In this document: positions 26,970 to 35,983 of the stretch, one piece after another
Layout of the letters: each line of letters begins with the position of its first letter
How positions within the stretch are numbered: the first letter of the stretch is position 1
NCBI GenBank assembly: GCA_027307335.1
Contig: DAHUXD010000039.1
Span: 11,625-75,624, forward strand
DNA from: Acidobacteriota bacterium
GTDB taxonomy: Bacteria > Acidobacteriota > Thermoanaerobaculia > UBA5066 > Gp7-AA6
Direction: 5' to 3'
Length of the DNA: 64,000 bases
Made by a program: the position numbers and the translations under genes
The notes under the pieces: generated by a model
Databases searched by the model: none
Told to the model about the DNA's origin: nothing
The model's input: only the letters and a program-made list of their open reading frames with translations

Positions 26970-27920
26970 ATGGCCGACAGAAAAGTCATCGCGGTGGTGG
27001 GCGCGACGGGCGCGCAGGGCGGAGGCGTCGCGCGGGCGATCCTCGCCGACAAGACGGGCGGCTTCGCGGCGCGGGCGCTGACGCGCAAGCCCGACTCCGA
27101 TGCGGCTCGCGCGCTCGCGCAGCAGGGGGCAGAAGTCGTGCAGTGCGACACCGACGACGCCGAGTCGGTCCGCAAGGCGTTCCGCGGCGCGCACGGCGCG
27201 TACTGCGTGACGAACTACTGGGAGCACTTCTCGGTCGACCGGGAGCTCGCGCAGGCGAAGCACATGGCCGCGGCCGCGAAGGCAGAAGGCCTCGCCCACG
27301 TCGTCTGGTCGACGCTCGAGGACACCCGGAAGTGGGTGCCGCTCTCGGATGCGCGGATGCCGACGCTCTTCGGCAAGTACAAGGTGCCGCACTTCGACGG
27401 GAAGGGCGAGGCGGACGGGATCTTCCGGGCCTCGGGCGCGCCCACGACGTGCATGCTGACGTCGTTCTACTGGGACAACCTCATCCACTTCGGGATGGGT
27501 CCGAAGCGCGGTCCGGACGGGCGGCTCGCCATCACGTTTCCGATGGCCGACAAGAAGCTTCCGGGCATCGCCGTCGAGGACATCGGCAAGTGCGCGTACG
27601 GGATCTTCCGGCGCGGCGGCGAGTTCGTCGGCAAGACCGTCGGCATCTCCGGCGAGCAGCTGACCGGAACGGAGATGGCCGCGAAGCTCTCGAAGGCGCT
27701 CGGACAGGAAGTCGTTTACAACGCCGTGCCGCCCGACGTCTACCGTGGTTTCGGATTCCCGGGCGCCGAGGACCTCGGCAACATGTTCCAGTTCAAGCGC
27801 GACTTCGAGGATTACTACTGCGGCGCGCGGAGCGTCGCGTTCTCGCGGCAGCTGAACCCGCAGCTCCTCTCGTTCGAAGCCTGGCTGGCGAAGTACAAGG
27901 ACCGGATTCCGCTCGGGTAG
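26970..27920 (+). CDS. NmrA-family NAD(P)-binding protein
   Basis: KVIAVVGATGAQGG is followed by NmrA-like helices; GGAGGA precedes the ATG. Confidence 0.8.
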   Translation: MADRKVIAVVGATGAQGGGVARAILADKTGGFAARALTRKPDSDAARALAQQGAEVVQCDTDDAESVRKAFRGAHGAYCVTNYWEHFSVDRELAQAKHMAAAAKAEGLAHVVWSTLEDTRKWVPLSDARMPTLFGKYKVPHFDGKGEADGIFRASGAPTTCMLTSFYWDNLIHFGMGPKRGPDGRLAITFPMADKKLPGIAVEDIGKCAYGIFRRGGEFVGKTVGISGEQLTGTEMAAKLSKALGQEVVYNAVPPDVYRGFGFPGAEDLGNMFQFKRDFEDYYCGARSVAFSRQLNPQLLSFEAWLAKYKDRIPLG

Positions 27921-27930
27921 GTACGGACCG

Positions 27931-28305
27931 ATGATCCAGGGACTGCGGACCGTCATCTACAAGGTGCCGGACCTCGAGGCCGCGAAGGCGTGGTACGCGC
28001 GCGTCCTCGGGATCGAGCCGTACTTCGCGGAGCCTTTCTACGTGGGTTTCCGCGTCGGCGGCTTCGAGCTCGGCCTCGATCCGGACCTCACGGAGGGCGG
28101 CCGTCCGGGCGAAGGCATGGTCGCCTACTGGGGCGTCGCGGACACGAAAGCGGAGTACGAGCGCCTGACGAAGGACGGCGCGGCCGCGCACACCCCACCG
28201 CGCGAAGTGGGCGGCGGCATCGTGGTCGCCGCGGTCGAGGACCCGTTCGGTAACGTCTTCGGGATCATCCAGAATCCGCACTTCTCGCTTGCGGACGTCC
28301 GGTAG
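27931..28305 (+). CDS. VOC family protein
   Basis: TVIYKVPDLEAAKAWYARVLGI...DPFGNVFGII is a glyoxalase-like fold. Confidence 0.7.
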   Translation: MIQGLRTVIYKVPDLEAAKAWYARVLGIEPYFAEPFYVGFRVGGFELGLDPDLTEGGRPGEGMVAYWGVADTKAEYERLTKDGAAAHTPPREVGGGIVVAAVEDPFGNVFGIIQNPHFSLADVR

Positions 28306-28316
28306 ACGGTCGATGC

Positions 28317-28856
28317 ATGGTCTCGATCCGTCTCGCGACGCCGCAGGACGTGCCCGCGCTGAGGGAGCTCATCCCGGTCTCCGCGCGCGCCCTGTCGCGT
28401 GGCTTCTACACGGACGCGGAGACCGAGAGCGCGATCCGTCACGTCTTCGGCCCGGACAGCCGCCTCATCGCCGACGGGACCTACTTTGTCGCCGAGGAGG
28501 ACGGCGTCCTCGCGGGCTGCGGCGGCTGGAGCCGGCGGCGCACGCTGTACGGCGGCGACCAGACGAAGTCGGGCGAGGAGCCGCTCCTCGATCCGGCGCG
28601 GGAGCCGGCCAAGGTCCGCGCGTTCTTCGTGCATCCAAACTTCGCGCGCCGCGGCGTGGGCACGCGGATCCTCGAGGCCTGCCTCGCGGCCGCGCGGGCG
28701 GCCGGCTTCCGGAAGGTCGAGCTCGCCGCGACGCTGCCCGGCGTGCCGTTCTACGCGGCGCGCGGCTTCGTCGAGCGCGAGCGCCTCGCGGCGCCGATGG
28801 CCGACGGGCGCGGGCTTCCCATCGTGCGCATGGAGCGCGAGATTGACGGCGGCTGA
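28317..28856 (+). CDS. GNAT family N-acetyltransferase
   Basis: VRAFFVHPNFARRGVGTRILEACLAAARAAGFRKV is the acetyl-CoA-binding core. Confidence 0.7.
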   Translation: MVSIRLATPQDVPALRELIPVSARALSRGFYTDAETESAIRHVFGPDSRLIADGTYFVAEEDGVLAGCGGWSRRRTLYGGDQTKSGEEPLLDPAREPAKVRAFFVHPNFARRGVGTRILEACLAAARAAGFRKVELAATLPGVPFYAARGFVERERLAAPMADGRGLPIVRMEREIDGG

Positions 28857-29664
28857 GCGGACGGACGAGCCGCGACTCGCGCTCGTCGGATTCCGGTCCG
28901 ACGAGAACTCCTCGTTCCTGCGCGGCGCCGCCGAGGCGCCGCCGCTCATCCGGAGCGCGCTCGCCTCGGACTCCTCGAACGCGTGGTGCGAGAACGGCCG
29001 CGAGCTGACGGGCTCGACCTTCCACGACGCGGGCGACTTCGCCGCGCCCCCGGGCGCCACCATGCTCGCGACGATCGAGGCCGCCATCGGCGCTCTGCTC
29101 GACCGGGGGCTGCGGCCGATCTCGCTCGGCGGCGACCACGCGATCACCTATCCGATCCTTCGCGCCTTCGCGAAGCGCCATCCGCGGCTTTCGATTCTCC
29201 ACGTCGACGCGCACCCGGACCTCTACGACGAGTTCCAGGGCAACCGGCTCTCGCACGCGTGCCCCTTCGCGCGGATCATGGAGGAGGGCCTCGTTCAGCG
29301 GCTCGTCCAGGTGGGCCTGCGCACCATCAACGGGCACCAGCGAGCCCAGATCGCTCGCTTCGGCGTGGAGGCGATCGAAATGAAACAGTTCCGCGACGGC
29401 ATCGACGTCGCGTTCGACGGGCCCGTGTACGTCAGCATCGACCTCGACGGGCTCGATCCGGCGTTCGCGCCGGGCGTCTCGCACCGCGAGCCCGGCGGGC
29501 TCTCGACGCGGCAGACGCTCGACGTGATCGCCGGCGTGCGGGCGCCGGTCGTCGGGGCGGACGTCGTCGAGTTCAACCCCCGCATGGACCCGACCGGCAT
29601 GACGGCGATGGTCTGTGCCAAGCTCGTGAAGGAGCTCGCGGGAAAAATGCTGGAGACCACATGA
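28843..29664 (+). CDS. agmatinase/arginase (ureohydrolase) family protein
   Basis: SLGGDHAITYPIL, HVDAHPDL and SIDLDGLDP are the Mn-binding motifs. The start is probably the TTG at 28843; there is no ATG/GTG before the conserved N-terminus. Confidence 0.7.
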   Translation: MTAAERTDEPRLALVGFRSDENSSFLRGAAEAPPLIRSALASDSSNAWCENGRELTGSTFHDAGDFAAPPGATMLATIEAAIGALLDRGLRPISLGGDHAITYPILRAFAKRHPRLSILHVDAHPDLYDEFQGNRLSHACPFARIMEEGLVQRLVQVGLRTINGHQRAQIARFGVEAIEMKQFRDGIDVAFDGPVYVSIDLDGLDPAFAPGVSHREPGGLSTRQTLDVIAGVRAPVVGADVVEFNPRMDPTGMTAMVCAKLVKELAGKMLETT

Positions 29665-30128
29665 ACCGGAGAATCGTGATGCGGACGGTCCTCGTCCTGG
29701 CGGTCGTCCTGGTGCTGATGCAGTTCGTGCCCGTCGACCGGACGAACCCGCCTCTCGGGGGCGAGGTCCCGGCGCCGGCGGAGGTGCGGGCGATCCTGAA
29801 GCGGGCCTGCTACGACTGCCACTCGAACGAGACGGTGTGGCCCTGGTACGGGAGGGTCGCTCCCTTCGACTGGCTCATGGAGCGGGACGTGCGCGAGGGA
29901 AGACGCGAGGTGAACTTCTCGACGCTGGCGGATGCCCCGCTGAAGCGCCGCCAGCGCAAGTGGATGGAGATTCCCGAGCAGGTCGAGAAGCGCGAGATGC
30001 CGCCGTGGTTCTATACCGCCGTCCATCCCGAGGCGCGCCTGTCCGACGCCGACCGCGCCGCGCTCGTCCGGTGGGCGCAGGAGAACGGGCGCCGCGACGG
30101 GCCGCCGGCGCCGCCGCCCGCGCGGTGA
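29661..30128 (+). CDS. heme-binding domain (CxxCH) small membrane-anchored protein
   Basis: N-terminal TM helix; a CYDCH heme c motif; a Trp-rich segment like the haem-binding domain; ATGA overlap upstream. Confidence 0.65.
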   Translation: MNRRIVMRTVLVLAVVLVLMQFVPVDRTNPPLGGEVPAPAEVRAILKRACYDCHSNETVWPWYGRVAPFDWLMERDVREGRREVNFSTLADAPLKRRQRKWMEIPEQVEKREMPPWFYTAVHPEARLSDADRAALVRWAQENGRRDGPPAPPPAR

Positions 30129-30877
30129 CCGGCGCGGCGCTCCGACTCCGTTTCTGGCACCGGGCGCTCAAGGCCCGCCTCCGGGATCAGAGCGCCGAGA
30201 TCCGCGCGCTCGCCGAGGCGATCCGGCCGGGCGAGGCCGCGGCCGACGTCGGCGCGAACAAGGGCGCGTACCTGCCGTGGCTGTCGCGCGCCGCGGGACC
30301 GGAGGGCCGCGTCTTCGCCTTCGAGCCCCAGGGGGATCTCGCCGGCTACCTCGAGCGCGTCTGCCGCGCCGCCTCGCTCGACAATGTCCGCGTCGAGGCG
30401 GCGGGCGTCTCCGACGAGGCGGGGCGGCGCCGGCTGCACGTGCCGGGCGGCGACGGCCCCTCGCCGGGCGCCTCGTTCGAGCCCTCGGTCGCCGCCGCGT
30501 CGCCGGGCCGGGAGGTCGATGCGAGGATCGTCGCGCTCGACGAATACCTGGCGGGCGAGCGTCGGCGTCTCGCGGCGCTGAAGGTGGACGTCGAGGGCCA
30601 CGAGCTCGCCGTGTTCCGCGGCGCGCGCGGCCGCATCGAGTCGGACGGGCCGCTCGTCGTCTTCGAGAGCGAGACGCGCCACGCGGGGGAGGATGGCGTC
30701 GCCCGGGCGCTCGCCTTCTTCGCCGAGCGCGGGTACGAGGGCTCGTTCGTGCGGCGGGGGAGGCTCCTGCCCGTCGCGGCGTTCGACCCCGCGGTCCACC
30801 AGCGCCGCGGGCCGGGCCGGTTCTGGGACGCGAAGGACTACTGCAACAACTTCGTCATGCGGAGGAGGCGCGGATAG
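30125..30877 (+). CDS. FkbM-family methyltransferase
   Basis: ADVGANKGAY is the SAM motif I, with RVFAFEP and ALKVDVEGHEL; GTGA overlap upstream. Confidence 0.75.
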   Translation: MTGAALRLRFWHRALKARLRDQSAEIRALAEAIRPGEAAADVGANKGAYLPWLSRAAGPEGRVFAFEPQGDLAGYLERVCRAASLDNVRVEAAGVSDEAGRRRLHVPGGDGPSPGASFEPSVAAASPGREVDARIVALDEYLAGERRRLAALKVDVEGHELAVFRGARGRIESDGPLVVFESETRHAGEDGVARALAFFAERGYEGSFVRRGRLLPVAAFDPAVHQRRGPGRFWDAKDYCNNFVMRRRRG

Positions 30878-30887
30878 TATTCCGGCG

Positions 30888-31373
30888 ATGAGCGAGGGCG
30901 GATCGGCGCGCGCGCTCCTGCGGCACACCGTCGCGACGCTGGCATACCGCGGCGGCAAGGCGCTGCGGGGAGCGCCCGAGGGCTTCGCCGAATTCCGCGC
31001 CGGCGCGACCACGCGCACGCCGGCGCAGATCCTCGCCCACGTCGGCGACCTGCTCGACTGGGCGGTGGCGCTGGCGCGCGGCGAGAAGGTCTGGAAGGAC
31101 TCGCCGCCCCTCTCCTGGGACGCGGGCTCCCGGCGCTTCTTCGACGGGCTCGAGCGGTTCGATGCGCTGCTGGCCTCGGACGCGCCGCTCGCGGCGATCC
31201 CGGAGAAGCTCTTCCAGGGACCGGTCGCGGACGCGCTCGCGCACGTCGGTCAGATCGCGCTCCTGCGGCGCCTCGCGCAGGCGCCGGTGCGCGGCGAGAA
31301 CTATTACAAGGCCGACATCGCGGCGGGACGCGTCGGCGAGGAGCAGGCGCCGCCCCGGCTGGAGTTCGAGTGA
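30888..31373 (+). CDS. hypothetical protein (DinB-like four-helix-bundle candidate)
   Basis: Spaced His-containing helices (ILAHVGDLLDW, ALAHVGQIALLRR); 10-nt gap after the FkbM gene. Confidence 0.45.
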   Translation: MSEGGSARALLRHTVATLAYRGGKALRGAPEGFAEFRAGATTRTPAQILAHVGDLLDWAVALARGEKVWKDSPPLSWDAGSRRFFDGLERFDALLASDAPLAAIPEKLFQGPVADALAHVGQIALLRRLAQAPVRGENYYKADIAAGRVGEEQAPPRLEFE

Positions 31374-31558
31374 GGGCGCCGCTCCGCTGCTGGAGCTGCG
31401 GCGTCGAAAACGACCTCGACGTCTCGCAGACGTGCCGCTCCTGCGGCGCGCCGCTCGTGAAGAGCCGCGCGCTCTTCTCGAAGCCGCTGATCTTCGGGAT
31501 CGTCGTCGGTTTCCTGCTCCTGCAGGCCTTCTGCATCCTCGGCCGGCTGCCGCGATGA
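31370..31558 (+). CDS. small zinc-ribbon membrane-anchored protein (62 aa)
   Basis: CWSCG...CRSCG are two CxxC pairs, followed by a C-terminal TM helix. GC3 is near-saturated, and there are GTGA/ATGA overlaps on both sides. Confidence 0.5.
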   Translation: MRAPLRCWSCGVENDLDVSQTCRSCGAPLVKSRALFSKPLIFGIVVGFLLLQAFCILGRLPR

Positions 31559-32916
31559 CCGAGGGCCGCTTCGCCCTCGAACGCGCCGGCCTCGACGCGC
31601 TCCGGGCCGCCCTCGACCGGCTCGACGAGGGCTTCGCCGCCCTGCCGGCGCTCGAGGCTGCGAGCGACGGCGATGCCGCCGCGCTTCGACGTGTGCTGCT
31701 CGAGACCGCCGCGCGTCTGACCGACAACTATCCCTACTTTCACCCGCTCTACGCCGGTCAGATGCTCAAGCCGCCCGATCCGGTCGCGCGCCTCGCCTAC
31801 GCGCTCGCCACCTGGATCAATCCGAACAACCACGCGCTCGACGGCGGCCGCGCGAGCTCGGCGATGGAGAAGGAGGCGGTGGCGGACCTCGCGAAGATGT
31901 TCGGCTGGGACGAGCATCTCGGCCACCTCTGCGGCGGCGGCACGATGGCGAACCTCGAGGCGCTCTGGGCGGCGGGCCGGCTCGCGCCGGGAGCCGTCCT
32001 CGCTTCGGCGCAGGCGCACTACACCCACGAGCGCATCTCGGCCGTGCTCGGCCTGCCCTTCGAGGAAGTTGCCGCCGACCGCTTCGGCCGTCTCGACGCG
32101 GAGGCGCTCGCGCGCCGGCTCGAGCGAGGCGGCGTCGGCACCGTCGTCGCGACGCTCGGCACGACGGCGACCGGTTCCGTCGATCCGCTGCCCGGAATCC
32201 TGCGCCTAAAGGAGCGGCACGGCTTCCGCCTGCACGTGGACGCCGCGTACGGCGGCTACTTCCGCCTGGCGGAGAACCTCGACGCGCCGGCGCGGCAGGC
32301 CTTCGATGCGATCGGCGAGGCGGACTCGATCGTCGTCGACCCGCACAAGCACGGCCTCCAGCCGTACGGCTGCGGGTGCGTGCTCTTCCGCGATCCGTCG
32401 GTCGGCCGGCTCTACCGGCACGACTCGCCGTACACCTACTTCAGCTCGTCGGAGCTCCACCTCGGCGAGATCAGCCTCGAGTGCTCGCGGCCCGGGGCGA
32501 GCGCGGTGGCGCTCTGGGCCACGATGCGGATGCTGCCGCTCGAGCGGCGCGGCACGTTCGCCCGCCGGCTCGAGGACTCGCGCGCCGCGGCGCTCGATCT
32601 GCACGCGCGCCTCGCGAAAGACCCGCGCTTCCTTCCGGCGTTCCGCCCCGAGCTCGACATCGTGGTCTGGCTCGTTCGGGACGCGAGCCTGACCGCGTGC
32701 TCGGCCCGGGCCCGACGCGTGTTTGCCGCGGCCGCGCGCCGGAACCTCCACCTCGCCCTGGCGGAGCTGCCCGCGGCGTTCCTTGACCTTGAGGGCGCGG
32801 GCATCGCCCGGGACCGCGACACGGTGACGTGCCTGCGCTCGGTCCTGATGAAGCCCGAGCACCGGGAGTGGGTCGGCGCGATCTGGGCCGCGCTCGACGC
32901 GGCGGCGGGCGCGTGA
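31555..32916 (+). CDS. PLP-dependent group II decarboxylase-like enzyme
   Basis: The motif ...SIVVDPHKHGLQPYGCG... carries the PLP lysine; length is ~453 aa. Confidence 0.8.
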   Translation: MTEGRFALERAGLDALRAALDRLDEGFAALPALEAASDGDAAALRRVLLETAARLTDNYPYFHPLYAGQMLKPPDPVARLAYALATWINPNNHALDGGRASSAMEKEAVADLAKMFGWDEHLGHLCGGGTMANLEALWAAGRLAPGAVLASAQAHYTHERISAVLGLPFEEVAADRFGRLDAEALARRLERGGVGTVVATLGTTATGSVDPLPGILRLKERHGFRLHVDAAYGGYFRLAENLDAPARQAFDAIGEADSIVVDPHKHGLQPYGCGCVLFRDPSVGRLYRHDSPYTYFSSSELHLGEISLECSRPGASAVALWATMRMLPLERRGTFARRLEDSRAAALDLHARLAKDPRFLPAFRPELDIVVWLVRDASLTACSARARRVFAAAARRNLHLALAELPAAFLDLEGAGIARDRDTVTCLRSVLMKPEHREWVGAIWAALDAAAGA

Positions 32917-33389
32917 CGGTCGCGGTGCGGCCCGCGCGGCCGGACGACCGCGACTTCGTCCTGGCGACGGCGGTCGAGCTCGTCGCCTTCGGTCCGCCCG
33001 GGTGGCGCACGCCCGAGGAGGTCGTCGAGGGCGAGGCGAAAACGCTGAGCGCCTGGTTCGCCGCTCCTCCGCCGGGATCGGCGCTGCTCGTGGCCGAGGA
33101 AGACGGGCGTCCGCTCGGCTTCGCGTACCTCGAGACGCTGCGGGACTACTTCCTGGAGGAGGAGCACGGGCACATCGGGATCCTCGCCGTGACGAAGGAG
33201 GCCCAGGGCCGCGGCGCGGGGGGCGCGCTTCTCGAGGCGGCCGAGGCGTGGGCACGCGGCCGGGGCTACGGCAGGCTGACGCTGCACGTGTTTGAGCGCA
33301 ACGCCCGGGCGCGCGCCGTCTACGCCCGGCGCGGCTATCAGCCCGAGTCGCTGAAATACGTGAAGCTCCTCGGCGAGCCGCCGGCGTGA
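32913..33389 (+). CDS. GNAT family N-acetyltransferase
   Basis: ILAVTKEAQGRGAGGALLEAAEAWARGRGY is the acetyl-CoA-binding core; GTGA overlap upstream. Confidence 0.7.
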   Translation: MTVAVRPARPDDRDFVLATAVELVAFGPPGWRTPEEVVEGEAKTLSAWFAAPPPGSALLVAEEDGRPLGFAYLETLRDYFLEEEHGHIGILAVTKEAQGRGAGGALLEAAEAWARGRGYGRLTLHVFERNARARAVYARRGYQPESLKYVKLLGEPPA

Positions 33390-33877
33390 AGACCGAGCCC
33401 GTGCCGGCGACGTCCGCCGTGCGGGCCCTCCGCGCGGCCGGCGTCCCGTTTGCACCCCGCTTCTACGCGTACGTCGAGAAAGGCGGCACGCGCCACTCCG
33501 CGGAGGCGCTCGGGGTGCCCGAGCACGAGGTCGTCAAGACGCTCGTGATGGAGGGGCGGCGGTCCGCGGGCCCGGAGCCGCTCCTGATCCTCATGCACGG
33601 CGACCGCGAGGTCTCCACGAAGCGGCTCGCGCGCCAGATCGGCGCACGCGAGGTCGCGCCGGCGAGCCCGGACGCCGTCGAGAAGCACACGGGCTACGTC
33701 CCGGGCGGCGTCTCGCCGTTCGGAACGCGCAAGAGGCTGCCCGTGTACGTCGAGCGCTCGGTCCTCTCGCTGCCGCGCGTGCTCGTCAACGGCGGGCGGC
33801 GCGGGTTCCTCGTCGAGGTCGATCCGGCGGCGTTCGCGACGGTGCTCGGCGCGATTCCGGTCGAGGTCGCCATATGA
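33386..33877 (+). CDS. ybaK: Cys-tRNA(Pro)/Cys-tRNA(Cys) deacylase YbaK
   Basis: The YbaK/EbsC pattern is present (KTLVMEG...LILMHGDREVSTKRLARQIG...GYVPGGVSPFG); GTGA overlap upstream. Confidence 0.8.
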   Translation: MKTEPVPATSAVRALRAAGVPFAPRFYAYVEKGGTRHSAEALGVPEHEVVKTLVMEGRRSAGPEPLLILMHGDREVSTKRLARQIGAREVAPASPDAVEKHTGYVPGGVSPFGTRKRLPVYVERSVLSLPRVLVNGGRRGFLVEVDPAAFATVLGAIPVEVAI

Positions 33878-33905
33878 TCGGCGCCAGATTCGCAAGGAGG
33901 AAGGG

Positions 33906-34379
33906 ATGAGGATTCGCTTTTCGGCAGGGGCCCTGATTCTGTCGGCTCTCGGATTCGCGTCGGCCGTGTTTGCTGCGGACGGTCCCGAGGCACTCGACGC
34001 CGCGTGGGTGAAGGCGATGAAGGCGCAGGATGCCAATGCCGTCGCCGCCCTCTACGCGCCCGATGCCGTGCTCTGGATGCCCGGCGCGCCCGAGGCCCGA
34101 GGGGCGAAGGCGATCCACGACGAATACGCGGGCTTGCTCGGCACCTACACGGTCACCGACGTCTCCCTCACCGACGGACACTACGAGACGGTCCAGAACA
34201 TCGGCGTGGCCTCGGGACACTTCATGATGACGCTGCAGCCGAAGGCCGGAGGCGCTCCCACGATCATGGGCGGGCGCTACTCCAGCGTCGCCAAGAAGAT
34301 CGACGGCCAGTGGCGCTACGTGGTCGACCACGCTTCCGTCGAACCGCCGCCCGCCGCGAAGCCCGCCGCGACGAAGTAG
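33906..34379 (+). CDS. secreted SnoaL-like/DUF4440 protein
   Basis: A signal peptide is followed by an NTF2-like fold (WVKAMKAQDANAVAALYAPDAVLWMPG). Confidence 0.6.
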   Translation: MRIRFSAGALILSALGFASAVFAADGPEALDAAWVKAMKAQDANAVAALYAPDAVLWMPGAPEARGAKAIHDEYAGLLGTYTVTDVSLTDGHYETVQNIGVASGHFMMTLQPKAGGAPTIMGGRYSSVAKKIDGQWRYVVDHASVEPPPAAKPAATK

Positions 34380-34392
34380 GCGTCCCCTCGCC

Positions 34393-35010
34393 GTGAGCGC
34401 CGCGGCCGACGAGAAGGAGACGGGGCGGATCGAGGCCTTCAGCGACGGCGTCTTCGCCATCGCGGTCACCCTTCTCGTGCTCGAGCTGAAGGTCCCGCAC
34501 CTCGCCGACGGCGGGGCGGACGGTTCGCTCGGCCGCGCGCTCCTGGCGCAGTGGCCCTCCTACGTCGCGCTCGTCACGAGCTTCTTCACGATCCTGGTGA
34601 TGTGGGCGAACCATCACCGCGTCTTCGAGCTCGTCCACCGCGTCGACGCGCCGTTTCTCTACGCGAACGGGCTGCTCCTCCTCGTGGTCACGGTGGTGCC
34701 GTTCCCGACGGCGCTCCTCGCCGAGTACTTCCGCAAGCCGGGCGCGTCGGTCGCCGCGGCGGTCTACGCCGGCACCTACGTCGTGGCGGGAGTGGCCTTT
34801 CAGCTCTTCTGGCGCACCGCGATCTCCGGACGCCGGCTCCTGAAGCGCAACTACTCGGAGGAGCGCGTCCAGGAGATCAGCCGGAGGTACTGGGTGGGCG
34901 TGCCCGGCTACGCGGCGGCCACGATCGCGGCGTTCGTCAGCGTGTATCTGACCGTCGCGATCTGCGTCGCGCTGCTCGTCGTCTGGATCGCCGTCTCGAG
35001 GAGGGGGTAG
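34393..35010 (+). CDS. TMEM175-family (DUF1211) putative potassium channel
   Basis: RIEAFSDGVFAIAVTLLVLEL is the family N-terminal motif, in a multi-TM protein. Confidence 0.65.
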   Translation: MSAAADEKETGRIEAFSDGVFAIAVTLLVLELKVPHLADGGADGSLGRALLAQWPSYVALVTSFFTILVMWANHHRVFELVHRVDAPFLYANGLLLLVVTVVPFPTALLAEYFRKPGASVAAAVYAGTYVVAGVAFQLFWRTAISGRRLLKRNYSEERVQEISRRYWVGVPGYAAATIAAFVSVYLTVAICVALLVVWIAVSRRG

Positions 35011-35041
35011 GGGTCTCTTGAAGGAAGGAGGAAGCGTGACG

Positions 35042-35938
35042 ATGCCACGATGGTCTCGGGACACGGCCTTCGCGGCCGTGGTGGTGCTCGCGGCGGCCGC
35101 GCTCCGCGCTCAGTCACCGGCGCCGCTCAAGGTCCTCATCTCGGCCGACATGGAGGGCGTCGGCGGCGTCAGCACGTGGTCGGTGCAGGCCGGCTCGAAG
35201 GGGCGCGAGTACGAGAAGTTCCGCGAGCTGATGACGAAGGAGGTCAACGCCGCGGTCGAGGGCGCCTTCGCGGCCGGCGCGACGGAGGTCGTGGTCGGCG
35301 ACTCGCACGGGGACGCCCAGAACATCGACGTGGAGCTGCTCGACAAGCGAGCGCGCCTGATCCGCGCCTGGCCGCGGCCGCTCGCAATGATGCAGGGCAT
35401 CGACGCGACGTTCGGGGCCGTGGTCTTCGTCGGCTACCACGCCGCGGAGGGGCGTCCGGCGGCGACGCTGTCGCACTCCTTCAGCGGCACGATCGAGGTC
35501 GAGCTCGACGGCGTGCCGGTGCCGGAGGCCGGTTTCAACGCCGCGATCGCCGGCGACTTCGGCGTGCCGGTCGTCTTCCTCTCCGGCGACCAGACGATCT
35601 GCGGCGACGCGAAGAAGCTGTTCGGGCCGATCGAGACGGCCGTCGTCAAGGAGGCGACCGGCTTCTACTCGGCCACGATGATCCACCCGGAGGAGGCGCA
35701 GCGGCTCATCCGCGAGGGCGTGCGGCGCGGCGTCGCACGGCGCGGCGAGCTGAAGCCCTACCGCATCGCGCATCCGGTGACGCTGCGGATCCGCTACAAC
35801 TCGGTCGTCGAGGCCGAGGTGGTGGCGATGCTGCCGGGCGTCGAGCGGCCCGCCGGCAACGTCATCGTGTTCCGCGGCCGCGACATGGTCGAGGTGTCGA
35901 AGTTCTTCGAGGCGATCTCGAACATCCGGGTCCAGTGA
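35042..35938 (+). CDS. M55-family D-aminopeptidase (DppA-like)
   Basis: LKVLISADMEGVGGV...VVGDSHGDAQN matches M55; GGAGGA lies 8 nt upstream of the ATG. Confidence 0.75.
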   Translation: MPRWSRDTAFAAVVVLAAAALRAQSPAPLKVLISADMEGVGGVSTWSVQAGSKGREYEKFRELMTKEVNAAVEGAFAAGATEVVVGDSHGDAQNIDVELLDKRARLIRAWPRPLAMMQGIDATFGAVVFVGYHAAEGRPAATLSHSFSGTIEVELDGVPVPEAGFNAAIAGDFGVPVVFLSGDQTICGDAKKLFGPIETAVVKEATGFYSATMIHPEEAQRLIREGVRRGVARRGELKPYRIAHPVTLRIRYNSVVEAEVVAMLPGVERPAGNVIVFRGRDMVEVSKFFEAISNIRVQ

Positions 35939-35983
35939 GGCGCCGAGCCGCTGTCGCGCCCAGGCCGGCGGAGGCGTTCCTCG

